A stretch of 62,379 nt of DNA, from contig JBGSKU010000278.1 in NCBI GenBank assembly GCA_041741055.1, positions 1-62,379 of the forward strand. The letters run 5' to 3'. Below the pieces are notes generated by a model. It was not told the DNA's origin, made no database searches, and saw only the letters and a program-made list of their open reading frames with translations. A program made the translations under genes and the position numbers. The DNA comes from Hyphomonas sp. Its GTDB lineage: Bacteria; Pseudomonadota; Alphaproteobacteria; Caulobacterales; Hyphomonadaceae. Below, piece after piece: positions 8,854-17,783 of this stretch (positions are counted from its first letter, which is position 1; each line of letters starts with the position of its first letter).

Positions 8854-9848
8854 TCGCGGGCTTGCGCGTCTGGATGCTCGTGCTCGCGCTTTGCCTGATC
8901 GCGGGAAGAGCGGCGGCGCATGAGGTTCGGCCGGCCTATCTGGAGATCCGTCAGACGGCTGATCAGGTGTATGACGTCACCTGGAAGCAGCCGATCCTGG
9001 GCGAGCGTATCCTGCGGCTTGAGCCGGTCTTTCCGGGCGGCTGCGAACTCGGCGCCGAGGCGGCCGAGAATGTCGGCGCGGCCCTGGTGCGCCGGTTCAC
9101 GGTCCGCTGCGAACTTGAAGGCGGGGAGATCGGCATTGCCGGACTCGACCGTACACTGACGGATGTCTACCTGCGTATCGAGCGCCTGGACGCGCCGGGC
9201 TTCTCCGCCGTACTGCGCCCCGGATCGCCCTCTGTCGTGTTTGCGAATGCCGGTAATCCGGGTGTGTGGGCCTATCTGATGATCGGGGTCGAACACATCC
9301 TGTTCGGCTGGGACCATCTTCTGTTTGTCGCGGGGCTGGTGCTGCTTGTGCATTGGCGCCAGCTCGTCGCAACCGCGACGGCCTTCACAGTGGCCCATTC
9401 GATCACTTTGTCTCTCTCCGCGCTCGCGGGCATCAGCCTTCCGGGTGCGCCTGTTGAGATCGTGATCGCCTTGTCGATTGCCCTGATCGGGCTGGAAGCG
9501 ATCCGCCGGATGCGCGGTGAAGAGGGGCTGAGTGCGCGTTTTCCGTGGGCCATCGCGTTCGGTTTCGGATTGATCCATGGGTTTGGATTTGCGGGCGCGC
9601 TGGCCGAGATCGGATTGCCGAAGGGCACGGAGTTTGCGGCATTGTTGTTGTTCAATCTGGGCGTCGAACTTGGGCAGGTCGCCGTGATCGGAGGGTTGCT
9701 TGTGACGGGTTGGATCGTTGCCCGCCTACGACCCGGCCAGCTCGGCGTGTTGCGACACACGGGCGCTTATGCCGTCGGGATTGCGGGGGCGTACTGGGCG
9801 ATCGAACGCCTTGCCTTGCTCCTCGGCCCGGCGCTCGCGTTGGCCTGA
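8850..9848 (+). CDS. HupE/UreJ family membrane protein (putative metal transporter)
   Basis: Signal peptide then AAAHE; motifs GVEHILFGWDHLLF, TAFTVAHSITL, FGLIHGFGFA, FNLGVELGQ; GTGA overlap with the upstream stop. Confidence 0.88.
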   Translation: MIAGLRVWMLVLALCLIAGRAAAHEVRPAYLEIRQTADQVYDVTWKQPILGERILRLEPVFPGGCELGAEAAENVGAALVRRFTVRCELEGGEIGIAGLDRTLTDVYLRIERLDAPGFSAVLRPGSPSVVFANAGNPGVWAYLMIGVEHILFGWDHLLFVAGLVLLVHWRQLVATATAFTVAHSITLSLSALAGISLPGAPVEIVIALSIALIGLEAIRRMRGEEGLSARFPWAIAFGFGLIHGFGFAGALAEIGLPKGTEFAALLLFNLGVELGQVAVIGGLLVTGWIVARLRPGQLGVLRHTGAYAVGIAGAYWAIERLALLLGPALALA

Positions 9849-9885
9849 GACGGGCGCTGTTGTGCACAGCGTCCGCCCCGGGGCT

Positions 9886-9914
9886 TTCACAATGCAGGGC
9901 GCGGGGCGTAGAAT
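9886..9914 (+). promoter_or_regulatory. Putative sigma70 promoter for the 3-hydroxyacyl-CoA dehydrogenase/GMC pair
   Basis: TTCACA-N17-TAGAAT; a 6-bp inverted repeat CGCTGT-N5-ACAGCG (9855-9871) lies just upstream. Confidence 0.5.
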
Positions 9915-9977
9915 GAACCGAACACGTTTCCGGGCCGCTGACACGGAGCCAGCCGCCGCCAATCGAAGGATACCGAC

Positions 9978-11267
9978 ATGCCTGCCATCTCCATGACGCC
10001 CCAGGAAATTTCCGATTACATTGCGCAGGCGGGCCGCGATGCCTGGATCGTGCCGGATGTGCCGGCCGATACGCCGCGCCGCAAGATTGCGAAAGTGGGC
10101 GTGATCGGCGCAGGCACCATGGGCGGCGGCATTTCGATGAACTTTGCCTCGGCCGGCATCCCGGTCGTGATCCTCGAGCAGAAGCAGGAGGCGTTGGATC
10201 GCGGTCTGGGCGTCGTTCGCGGCAACTATCAGCGAAGCGCCGACAATGGCCGGTTTCCGCAGGAAGAGGTCGCCGAGCGGATGGCGCGGCTGTCCGGGAC
10301 GCTGGACATGAAGGACTTCGCCGACTGTGATCTGGTGATCGAAGCGGTGTTCGAGGACATGGGGCTGAAGAAGCAGATCTTCGCCGATCTGGATCGCATC
10401 GCGAAGCCCGGCGCCATCCTGGCAACCAACACATCGGCGCTGGACATTGACGAGATCGCCAGCGCAACCAAGCGTCCGCAGGACGTGATCGGGCTGCATT
10501 TCTTTTCGCCGGCCAACGTCATGAAGCTGCTCGAGATCGTGCGCGCCGATCATACGGCCGATGACGTGATCATGACCTGCATGGATCTGGCACGCACGAT
10601 CAACAAGCTCGCGACGCTGGTGGGCGTGTGTCCGGGCTTTGTCGGCAACCGGATTCTGTTTGCGCGCCAGGCGCAGGCGCAAAAGCTGGTCGCCAATGGG
10701 GCCATGCCCTGGGATGTCGATGCCGCACTCAACACGTTCGGTTTCCGGATGGGGCCTTATCAGATGTCGGATCTTGCAGGGCTCGATATTGGCTGGAAGA
10801 AAGGCGCGAAGACGGCAAATCCCATCCGCGATGCGCTGTGTGAGCTGGATCGCCGCGGCCAGAAGACGGGCGCCGGCTATTACGACTATGACGAGAACCG
10901 CCGCCCGATTCCGTCCCAGGTGACAGCCAGGATCATCGCTGAAATCACAGGCGTTGCCGCAGGCGCAGCGCCGGGTCCGGACGAGATCATCGCGACCTGC
11001 ATCCATCCGATGATCAACGAGGGCCTGAAAATCCTTGAAGAGAAGAAGGCCCAGCGCGCTTCGGACATCGATATCGTCTGGCTCAACGGCTATGGCTGGC
11101 CGGCGGACAAGGGCGGGCCGATGCTCTATGGAGACCTGGTGGGTGCCGAAGCTGTTCTGGCAACCATGGAACGTCTCGGTGCGGAGGATGACCGGTTTGC
11201 ACCGAGCAAGACGCTCAAGCGGCTGGCGAAGGATGGCGGCCGCTTCATCGACGTGCAACCTGGTTGA
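9978..11267 (+). CDS. 3-hydroxyacyl-CoA dehydrogenase
   Basis: GAGTMGGG NAD-binding motif, VIEAVFE, LATNTS, catalytic HFFSPAN..KLLE, GFVGNR; RBS GAAGGA. Confidence 0.92.
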   Translation: MPAISMTPQEISDYIAQAGRDAWIVPDVPADTPRRKIAKVGVIGAGTMGGGISMNFASAGIPVVILEQKQEALDRGLGVVRGNYQRSADNGRFPQEEVAERMARLSGTLDMKDFADCDLVIEAVFEDMGLKKQIFADLDRIAKPGAILATNTSALDIDEIASATKRPQDVIGLHFFSPANVMKLLEIVRADHTADDVIMTCMDLARTINKLATLVGVCPGFVGNRILFARQAQAQKLVANGAMPWDVDAALNTFGFRMGPYQMSDLAGLDIGWKKGAKTANPIRDALCELDRRGQKTGAGYYDYDENRRPIPSQVTARIIAEITGVAAGAAPGPDEIIATCIHPMINEGLKILEEKKAQRASDIDIVWLNGYGWPADKGGPMLYGDLVGAEAVLATMERLGAEDDRFAPSKTLKRLAKDGGRFIDVQPG

Positions 11268-12883
11268 TGGACCCGGCGCCAACCGCGCTTGACGGCGACT
11301 ACGACTATATTGTCGTCGGCGCCGGATCTGCTGGGTGTGTCGTCGCCAATCGCTTGTCGGCGGACCCATCCAGTCGCGTTCTGCTTCTGGAGGCGGGTGG
11401 TCATGACAACTGGATCTGGTTCCATATTCCCGTTGGCTATCTCTTTGCCATCGGAAATCCGCGTTCGGACTGGATGTTCGAGACGACGCCCCAGCCCGGG
11501 CTGAACGGGCGCGCACTTGCCTATCCGCGCGGAAAAGTGCTCGGCGGTTCGTCAGCGATCAACGCCATGATCACGATGCGCGGTCAGGCGGCAGACTATG
11601 ACGGCTGGCGCGACAGCGGACTGCCGGGATGGGGGTGGGAAGATGTCCTGCCGGTCTTCCGGGAGATCGAGGATCACTTCCTTGGGGAAAGTGACGTGCA
11701 CGGCGTGGGAGGCGAGTGGCGCGTCGAGCCGCCGCGCGTGCGCTGGGATATCCTTGACGCTGTCCGCGATGCCGCTGAGCAGATCGGTATTCCCAGAACG
11801 CAGGACTTCAACACGGGGGACAATGAAGGGTCGAGCTACTTCCATGTCAACCAGAAGGCCGGGCGGCGCTGGTCTGCCGCGCGTGGATTTCTCAAGCCCG
11901 TGCAAAATCGCGCGAACCTCCGTGTGGAGACGAATGCACTGACGGAAGCGCTGACGTTTCAGGACAAGCAGGCGACAGGTGTTGTCTTCCTGCAGCGCGG
12001 CCGGCGTTTCGTCGTGCAGGCCCGCGCGGAGGTCATCCTGTGTGCCGGCGCAATTGGCAGCCCACAAATCCTCCAGCGGTCCGGCATTGGGCCCGTGCAG
12101 GTCTTGAAGCAAGCGGGTGTGCTGCCACGGGTGGAACTGCCGGGCGTAGGCGAAAACTTGCAGGACCATCTGCAGCAGCGCGCCATCTACACGATCTCCG
12201 GCGCCGAGACGCTGAACCAGACATATCATTCAATCTGGGGCAAGGCGAAGATGGGGTTGGACTATGCGCTTCGCCGCAGGGGTCCGTTGACCATGGCGCC
12301 ATCCCAACTCGGTATGTTCACGCGCTCGGATCCGTCACAGAGCCGCGCAAATATCCAGTTTCACGTGCAGCCGCTTTCGCTCGACAAGTTCGGCGAGCCT
12401 CTTCACCGCTTTCCGGCAATCACGGTTGCTGCTTGCAACCTGCGCCCGACATCGCGGGGGACGATGAGGATTCGGTCTGCGGATCCGGATGCGGCCCCGG
12501 AGATCAATCCGAACTATCTCGATACGGATGAGGACAGGCACGTTGCCGCTGATGCGATCCGGATCACACGACGCCTGATGCAGCAGCCCGCCTTGAAGCC
12601 CTTCGCACCGGATGAACTCGTGCCGGGCGTGAAATCCGAAGACGAAGACCTGTCGCGTGCGGCCGGTGACATTGGTACAACCATTTTCCATCCGGTCGGC
12701 ACGGCCAGGATGGGGCGTGCGGATGATCCAATGGCGGTTGTCGATCGTGCGCTGGCGGTTCGAGGGGTCGACAGACTCCGGGTGATCGATGCGTCCGTCA
12801 TGCCCTGGATCACCTCCGGAAACACCAACACTCCGACAATCATGATCGCTGCCAAAGGCGCAGCGATGGTGAGAAAGCCCTGA
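11267..12883 (+). CDS. GMC family oxidoreductase (choline dehydrogenase-like)
   Basis: YDYIVVGAGSAG, RGKVLGGSSAINAM, GENLQDH, IFHPVGTARMG, SGNTNTP. Substrate cannot be determined. Confidence 0.9.
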   Translation: MDPAPTALDGDYDYIVVGAGSAGCVVANRLSADPSSRVLLLEAGGHDNWIWFHIPVGYLFAIGNPRSDWMFETTPQPGLNGRALAYPRGKVLGGSSAINAMITMRGQAADYDGWRDSGLPGWGWEDVLPVFREIEDHFLGESDVHGVGGEWRVEPPRVRWDILDAVRDAAEQIGIPRTQDFNTGDNEGSSYFHVNQKAGRRWSAARGFLKPVQNRANLRVETNALTEALTFQDKQATGVVFLQRGRRFVVQARAEVILCAGAIGSPQILQRSGIGPVQVLKQAGVLPRVELPGVGENLQDHLQQRAIYTISGAETLNQTYHSIWGKAKMGLDYALRRRGPLTMAPSQLGMFTRSDPSQSRANIQFHVQPLSLDKFGEPLHRFPAITVAACNLRPTSRGTMRIRSADPDAAPEINPNYLDTDEDRHVAADAIRITRRLMQQPALKPFAPDELVPGVKSEDEDLSRAAGDIGTTIFHPVGTARMGRADDPMAVVDRALAVRGVDRLRVIDASVMPWITSGNTNTPTIMIAAKGAAMVRKP

Positions 12884-13028
12884 CCCGTGTTCGGACTGGG
12901 CGTCGCCGTCGGCCACGAGAGGAAAATCCTGCCAAATTTTGCGAATGCCGTTGTAAGTAGGGACTCGGAACCGGTGTGGTGTTTGTGTCATGTCACGGCG
13001 CGTCGCCGGAAATTGAAGGCAATTCTTG

Positions 13029-15218
13029 ATGCAACTGGACATTCCCCTCTCGCGCGACCTTGTCCTGATCGGCGGTGGGCACACGCATGCACTGGTCCTG
13101 CGCCAGTGGGGCATGAATCCGCTGGCGGGCGCCCGTGTGACCGTCATCAATCCGGCGGTGACAGCGCCTTATACCGGCATGCTGCCAGGCTTTGTCGCCG
13201 GACATTATCAACGCGACGAACTCGACATCGATCTTGCGCGGCTGGCCCGGTTCGCCGGGGCAAGGCTCGTGCTGGACGAGGTCATCGGCATTGATCGCGC
13301 CGAACGTCTGGTTCTGCTCAAGCAGCGCCCGCCTATCCGGTATGACATTGCATCGATCAATATTGGCGTGACATCCGCGCTTTCTTCCGTTCCGGGCTTC
13401 GACGCGAACGCCGTCCCGGCAAAACCGCTCGGCCAGTTCGCGGCGGCGTGGGAACGCTTTGTAGCGGATGTGGCAGCTTCGAACCGCAAGGCGGATTGCG
13501 TGATCGTGGGCGGCGGCGTTGCGGGTGTCGAACTGGCGCTGGCCATGGCGCATCGCTTAGAGGCAATTGGCGCCGGAACTGCTTCGGTGACGGTTCTGGA
13601 GGCGCGAACAGGCCTCCTTGAAGGCAGCGCATCCGCCGCGCGAAAGCTGCTGGTGCGTTATCTTGAGCGGTCGGGAACTATTGCGATAACGGGGGTTGGA
13701 CCGGTGGAGATCCAGGCAGGATCCGTGCGGCTCAGCGACGGCCGGATCTTGCCGGCGGACTTTGTGGTCAGCGCTGCGGGCGCGAGACCTCATGCATGGG
13801 TTTCCGGCACAGGGCTTGATTTGACCGACGGGTACATCGATGTCGATGCGCATCTCCAGACGCCCCGCGATCCCCGCCTGTTTGCGGTTGGAGACTGTGC
13901 CAACCTGGTCCATGCGCCGCGTCCGAAGGCCGGCGTGTTTGCTGTACGCGAGGCTCCGGTTTTGTACGGGAACCTTCGACTTGCGCTGGCGGGAAGAGTG
14001 CCTTTGCGGAAATATCATCCGCAGGGAGACTATCTCAAGCTGATCTCGGCAGGCGGCAAAGTCGCGGTGGCTGAGAAATTCGGATGGGCGGCGCCGGGCG
14101 CTGCTTTCTGGGGCTTGAAGAACCGGATCGACAAGGACTTCATGGAGCGCCTGACTGCGTTGCCGTCGAAGATGGGGCGAGAACTCCCCGTCGAGCATGC
14201 TGCGCTGGACGGGGCTGTGCCGGCCGGTCAAATGCTTTGTGGAGGCTGTGGCTCAAAAGTGTCCCGCCTGAGCCTTGATGCAGGTCTCGCGGCGGCGCGG
14301 GGCACCGTGCGAGAGGACACGGTGCGTGGGCATGGCGATGATGCGGCGGTGCTGCGCATTGGCGAGACGCTGCAAGTGATCAGCACGGATCATCTGCGTG
14401 CGTTTACGCCGGACCCGTATGCGATGGCAAAAATAGCGGCGGTGCACGCCCTGGGGGATGTCTGGGCCATGGGCGCGCGGCCCCAGTCAGCGCTTGTGTC
14501 GCTCATCATACCGCACATGAGCGAGCGCATGCAGGCAGACACCGTCGCTGAAATCATGTCGGCGATCGGGGAGGTGCTGCGCGAGGCCGGAGCCGATCTC
14601 GTTGGCGGTCATTCGAGCATGGGTAGCGAGATGACAATCGGGCTGACCGTCACCGGCCTTGCCGGAGAACGATTGATCGGGTTGGACGGGGGCAAGCCCG
14701 GTGACAAATTGATCCTTACAAAGCCGATTGGAACGGGCGTCATCCTGGCAGCCGACATGCGTGGAATGGCCCCGGGACAGCTTGTGCAGAACGCGCTTCG
14801 CAGCATGATGCATCCAAACGCAGCGGCGTGCGAGATCCTGGCGCCGGTAGCGCATGCCATGACGGATGTAACCGGGTTTGGGTTGGCCGGACACCTGATG
14901 AACATTCTCCAGGCTTCAAAAGTGCGTGCGCAGATTGAATTGGGCCGCGTCCCGTATCTGGAGGGTGCCGAACGCTTGGCTTCGATGGGTGTGAAGTCCT
15001 CGATCTGGTCAGCAAATTTGCGGTCTGTTTCCAACATCGTTCGGCCGGATAACGCCAGAAGTGATTTGCTGTTCGATCCACAAACTGCTGGAGGGCTGCT
15101 CGCAGCGGTGCCCGCCTCGGAGAGCGAGCGGGTCGTCGCTGCGCTGGCTGCGGCCGGTGAAACCGGCTCTGTCGTTGGCCACATTGAGGCTGGCGAACTT
15201 GCGATTTCAGTCGTCTAG
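13029..15218 (+). CDS. selD: Selenide, water dikinase fused to an N-terminal FAD-dependent pyridine nucleotide-disulfide oxidoreductase domain
   Basis: N-terminal IGGGHTH, YTGMLPG, GGGVAGVE, PKAGVFAVR; C-terminal SelD motifs CGGCGSK, DDAAV, GGHS, LTKPIGTG, TDVTGFGLAGHL, DPQTAGGLL. Confidence 0.93.
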   Translation: MQLDIPLSRDLVLIGGGHTHALVLRQWGMNPLAGARVTVINPAVTAPYTGMLPGFVAGHYQRDELDIDLARLARFAGARLVLDEVIGIDRAERLVLLKQRPPIRYDIASINIGVTSALSSVPGFDANAVPAKPLGQFAAAWERFVADVAASNRKADCVIVGGGVAGVELALAMAHRLEAIGAGTASVTVLEARTGLLEGSASAARKLLVRYLERSGTIAITGVGPVEIQAGSVRLSDGRILPADFVVSAAGARPHAWVSGTGLDLTDGYIDVDAHLQTPRDPRLFAVGDCANLVHAPRPKAGVFAVREAPVLYGNLRLALAGRVPLRKYHPQGDYLKLISAGGKVAVAEKFGWAAPGAAFWGLKNRIDKDFMERLTALPSKMGRELPVEHAALDGAVPAGQMLCGGCGSKVSRLSLDAGLAAARGTVREDTVRGHGDDAAVLRIGETLQVISTDHLRAFTPDPYAMAKIAAVHALGDVWAMGARPQSALVSLIIPHMSERMQADTVAEIMSAIGEVLREAGADLVGGHSSMGSEMTIGLTVTGLAGERLIGLDGGKPGDKLILTKPIGTGVILAADMRGMAPGQLVQNALRSMMHPNAAACEILAPVAHAMTDVTGFGLAGHLMNILQASKVRAQIELGRVPYLEGAERLASMGVKSSIWSANLRSVSNIVRPDNARSDLLFDPQTAGGLLAAVPASESERVVAALAAAGETGSVVGHIEAGELAISVV

Positions 15219-16294
15219 TTGTGCGCCGGGAGGTCGTCCAGAATACTGGAAACCCTTAGTGCAACGGCGTCGAGGCCGGCATCGCTGAATTCATTCACGG
15301 TGATCACGCTCAGCTTAGCCTGCGTTTCGCGGGCGCGCTGGCGGGCGTAGGTGGGATCGTAGTGAAATGCCATCAGCTCTTTCGCGAGCGTTGACATGTC
15401 TCCTTCCGCCGCCAATGCCTTCCATGCCTTGATGCGCGTGGCGGGCTGATAGGGGGCGAGCTTGTTCAAGGTTGCGTCGAGCCGGACGGGGTCGTTCGTG
15501 ATATCGGCGTAGGCCTCCGCCAGGTATTTGGCGCGGGCGTCGAGGCTTGCCTGCAACCGGATCCGGGGGGCCGCACGCATCTTCGCCCAAAGCGCTTTCG
15601 GCAGATTCAGCGCGCCGATTTTGCTCGACTCGGCTTCGACGATAATCGGCCGTTCAGGCGTGAACCCGGCCAGCCGCATGGCAATCTCGGAGTCGAACGA
15701 CTTCTGCGGCGGCTGCGGCATGGCAGAGGCGCCAAACAGGGACCCGCGGTGCCGGGCGAGGCCTTCAAGATCAAGAACCTGAACGCCAAGACGGGCAAGC
15801 CGCTGAAGGATTTCGGTTTTGGCTGTGCCCGTATTGCCGTCCAGAACGACAAAGGGACCTGACCACTCGGGCGCATCCGGTTCAGGCTCATAGAGCGTGT
15901 GCACAACCGCGCGCCGATAGCTTTTGTATCCGCCGGCAAGCGTTTCCGCGCGCCATCCGATTTGTCCGAGGATGGTCGCGAGGGAGCCGGACCGCATGCC
16001 TCCGCGCCAGCAATAGACCAGCGGCCGATAATTGCCGGGTTTGTCGACAAAGTGCGTTTCGATATGGGCAGCCGCATTGCGGGCCACGAGCGCAGCGCCG
16101 ATTTTCCGCGCGAGGAACGGGCTTTCCTGCTTGTAGATCGTGCCCACCCTGGCGCGCTCGCCGTCGTCCAGTACCGGCAGGTTGATGGCGCCAGGCAAGT
16201 GATCTTCCGCAAACTCGCCGGGCGATCGTACGTCGATGATCTCGTCGAAGCCGCTGCTCACGAGTTGGGAAAGATGCGTCAGGGTGAAGACCAT
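15215..16294 (-). CDS. mnmH: tRNA 2-selenouridine(34) synthase
   Basis: Rhodanese domain IDVRSPGEFAEDHLPGAINLP and YCWRGGMRS; P-loop GNTGTAKT; DLEGLARHRGSLFG; EAESSKIG; adjacent to selD. Confidence 0.93.
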   Translation of the reverse strand: MVFTLTHLSQLVSSGFDEIIDVRSPGEFAEDHLPGAINLPVLDDGERARVGTIYKQESPFLARKIGAALVARNAAAHIETHFVDKPGNYRPLVYCWRGGMRSGSLATILGQIGWRAETLAGGYKSYRRAVVHTLYEPEPDAPEWSGPFVVLDGNTGTAKTEILQRLARLGVQVLDLEGLARHRGSLFGASAMPQPPQKSFDSEIAMRLAGFTPERPIIVEAESSKIGALNLPKALWAKMRAAPRIRLQASLDARAKYLAEAYADITNDPVRLDATLNKLAPYQPATRIKAWKALAAEGDMSTLAKELMAFHYDPTYARQRARETQAKLSVITVNEFSDAGLDAVALRVSSILDDLPAHN

Positions 16295-16385
16295 AGGGTT
16301 TCCTAATCGGTCCTCAAATCTGCGCAAGTGCTTCCCTGACGGCCGCTGGTGGCAGTCCAGACCGGCCGCCGAGGAGGCGGCCTGG

Positions 16386-17783
16386 CTATTCGCCGTCCCA
16401 ACTCCCGAGAGCGCGGAACAGCGCAATCCCGTTGCGGCCTTGATCGAGCCGTGCAGCTATCAGTTGCTGGCGGCTCGAATAGTTCTCGCGTTGCGCGTCC
16501 AGCACCGAAAGGTAGCCATCCACGCCTGAGCTGAACCGTTCCTTCGAGAGCGACAAGGAGACATCAGTATCTTCGACCAGCTGGGAGAGCGCTTCAAGGC
16601 GGGCACCGATCGTGCTGGACACCGCGAGCGCGTCGGCCGTCTCGCGAAACGCAGACTGGATGGTGGATTCGTACTGTGCCAGCGCCGCATCGCGGGCAGC
16701 GTTTGCTGCCTCAAGATTCCCCCTCCGTCCGCCGCCGTCGAAAATCGGCACGCTGATGTTCGGTCCAAAGCTCCAGCCACCAATCCCGTCACCGCCAACA
16801 AGGTCTGTCAGGTCACTGCTGACGTACCCTGTGCTTCCGGTCAACGAAATCGCGGGGAAGAATGCGGCACGCGCTGCGCCGATGCGTGCGTTTGCCGCCA
16901 TCAGATCATGTTCCGCCGCCATCACATCGGGGCGCGACAACAAAATGTCCGAAGAAACACTGTTACCCAGCGCCGCCGAAACCGGTGAGGGTGATAGCCG
17001 CGCAGACTCGGCCAGGCCTTCGGGTAGATCCGTTCCGACCAACAGCCGCAAAAGGTTCAGGTCCTGGCGAACCAGCGCAACATACTGCGCCGCCTGGGCC
17101 CGTGCGGTTTGGACAGACGCGGATGCGCGCCGCACGTCGAGCTCGTTGGCGGCGCCCGCATCCAGCAGTGCGCGGGTCAGTTCGAGGCTCTCGCTCTGGC
17201 TGCTGACCGTGCTTTCTGCCAGCGTCAGCAACTCCTTGTCGGCAGCCAGTTGAAGCCAGGCCTCGCTGATTGTGGCGACGAGCGCCAGTTTGGCGGCGCG
17301 CTCGCCTTCCGAACTGGAGAGGTAGCTCTGCAATGCTGCTGCGTTGTTGCTGGCAATGCGCCCGAAGAAGTCCAGCTCCCAGGCTGTCGCACCTATGGAA
17401 GCAGAGGTGCTGTCACTGAACGATTGATTGCCGGAGTTTGCGCTTTCGAATGTGTCGGCTTCGCGGCTGGATAGAGATGCGTCCACGGAGGGAAGCAGGT
17501 CGCCGCGCGCGGCCACGAGCCGCGCCTTTGCCGCGCGGACGTTTGCGGCGGTCGCCTGCAAGTCCCGGTTTTCGGCAAGCGCGAGCACAATCAGATTGCG
17601 CAGCGGTTCCGAAACGACCAGATCGTTCCAGCGAAGCGGGGTGACGGCTCCGCTTGAAGAGGCCGAGACCGGCAGAGTGTCCGGGACGGGGGCAGGTGGG
17701 CGCTGATAGTCCGGCGCAAGACTGAGGCAACCGGACAATGCAAGCAGACCGGGAAGGACTGCAATGGCTTGATGGGACTTCAT
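16386..17783 (-). CDS. NodT/OprM-type outer membrane efflux lipoprotein
   Basis: Lipobox LSGC; ALAENRDL, WELDFFG, RPDVMAAE, ARAAFFPAISLTG, FRALG. Confidence 0.92.
   Translation of the reverse strand: MKSHQAIAVLPGLLALSGCLSLAPDYQRPPAPVPDTLPVSASSSGAVTPLRWNDLVVSEPLRNLIVLALAENRDLQATAANVRAAKARLVAARGDLLPSVDASLSSREADTFESANSGNQSFSDSTSASIGATAWELDFFGRIASNNAAALQSYLSSSEGERAAKLALVATISEAWLQLAADKELLTLAESTVSSQSESLELTRALLDAGAANELDVRRASASVQTARAQAAQYVALVRQDLNLLRLLVGTDLPEGLAESARLSPSPVSAALGNSVSSDILLSRPDVMAAEHDLMAANARIGAARAAFFPAISLTGSTGYVSSDLTDLVGGDGIGGWSFGPNISVPIFDGGGRRGNLEAANAARDAALAQYESTIQSAFRETADALAVSSTIGARLEALSQLVEDTDVSLSLSKERFSSGVDGYLSVLDAQRENYSSRQQLIAARLDQGRNGIALFRALGSWDGE

Noticed and set aside
9726-11516. 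596-aa antisense ORF, and similar long ones at 4880-6124, 24222-25862, 41990-43399, 46153-47328 and 58058-59377
   Set aside because: They lie opposite well-supported genes and have no motifs. They are shadow ORFs expected from high-GC codon bias.
12887-13294. 135-aa ORF bridging the GMC gene and selD
   Set aside because: It overlaps selD out of frame, has no RBS or motifs, and has atypical composition.
14230-14262. Possible selenocysteine codon in SelD
   Set aside because: Both active-site codons are TGT (Cys), and the ORF has no in-frame TGA.
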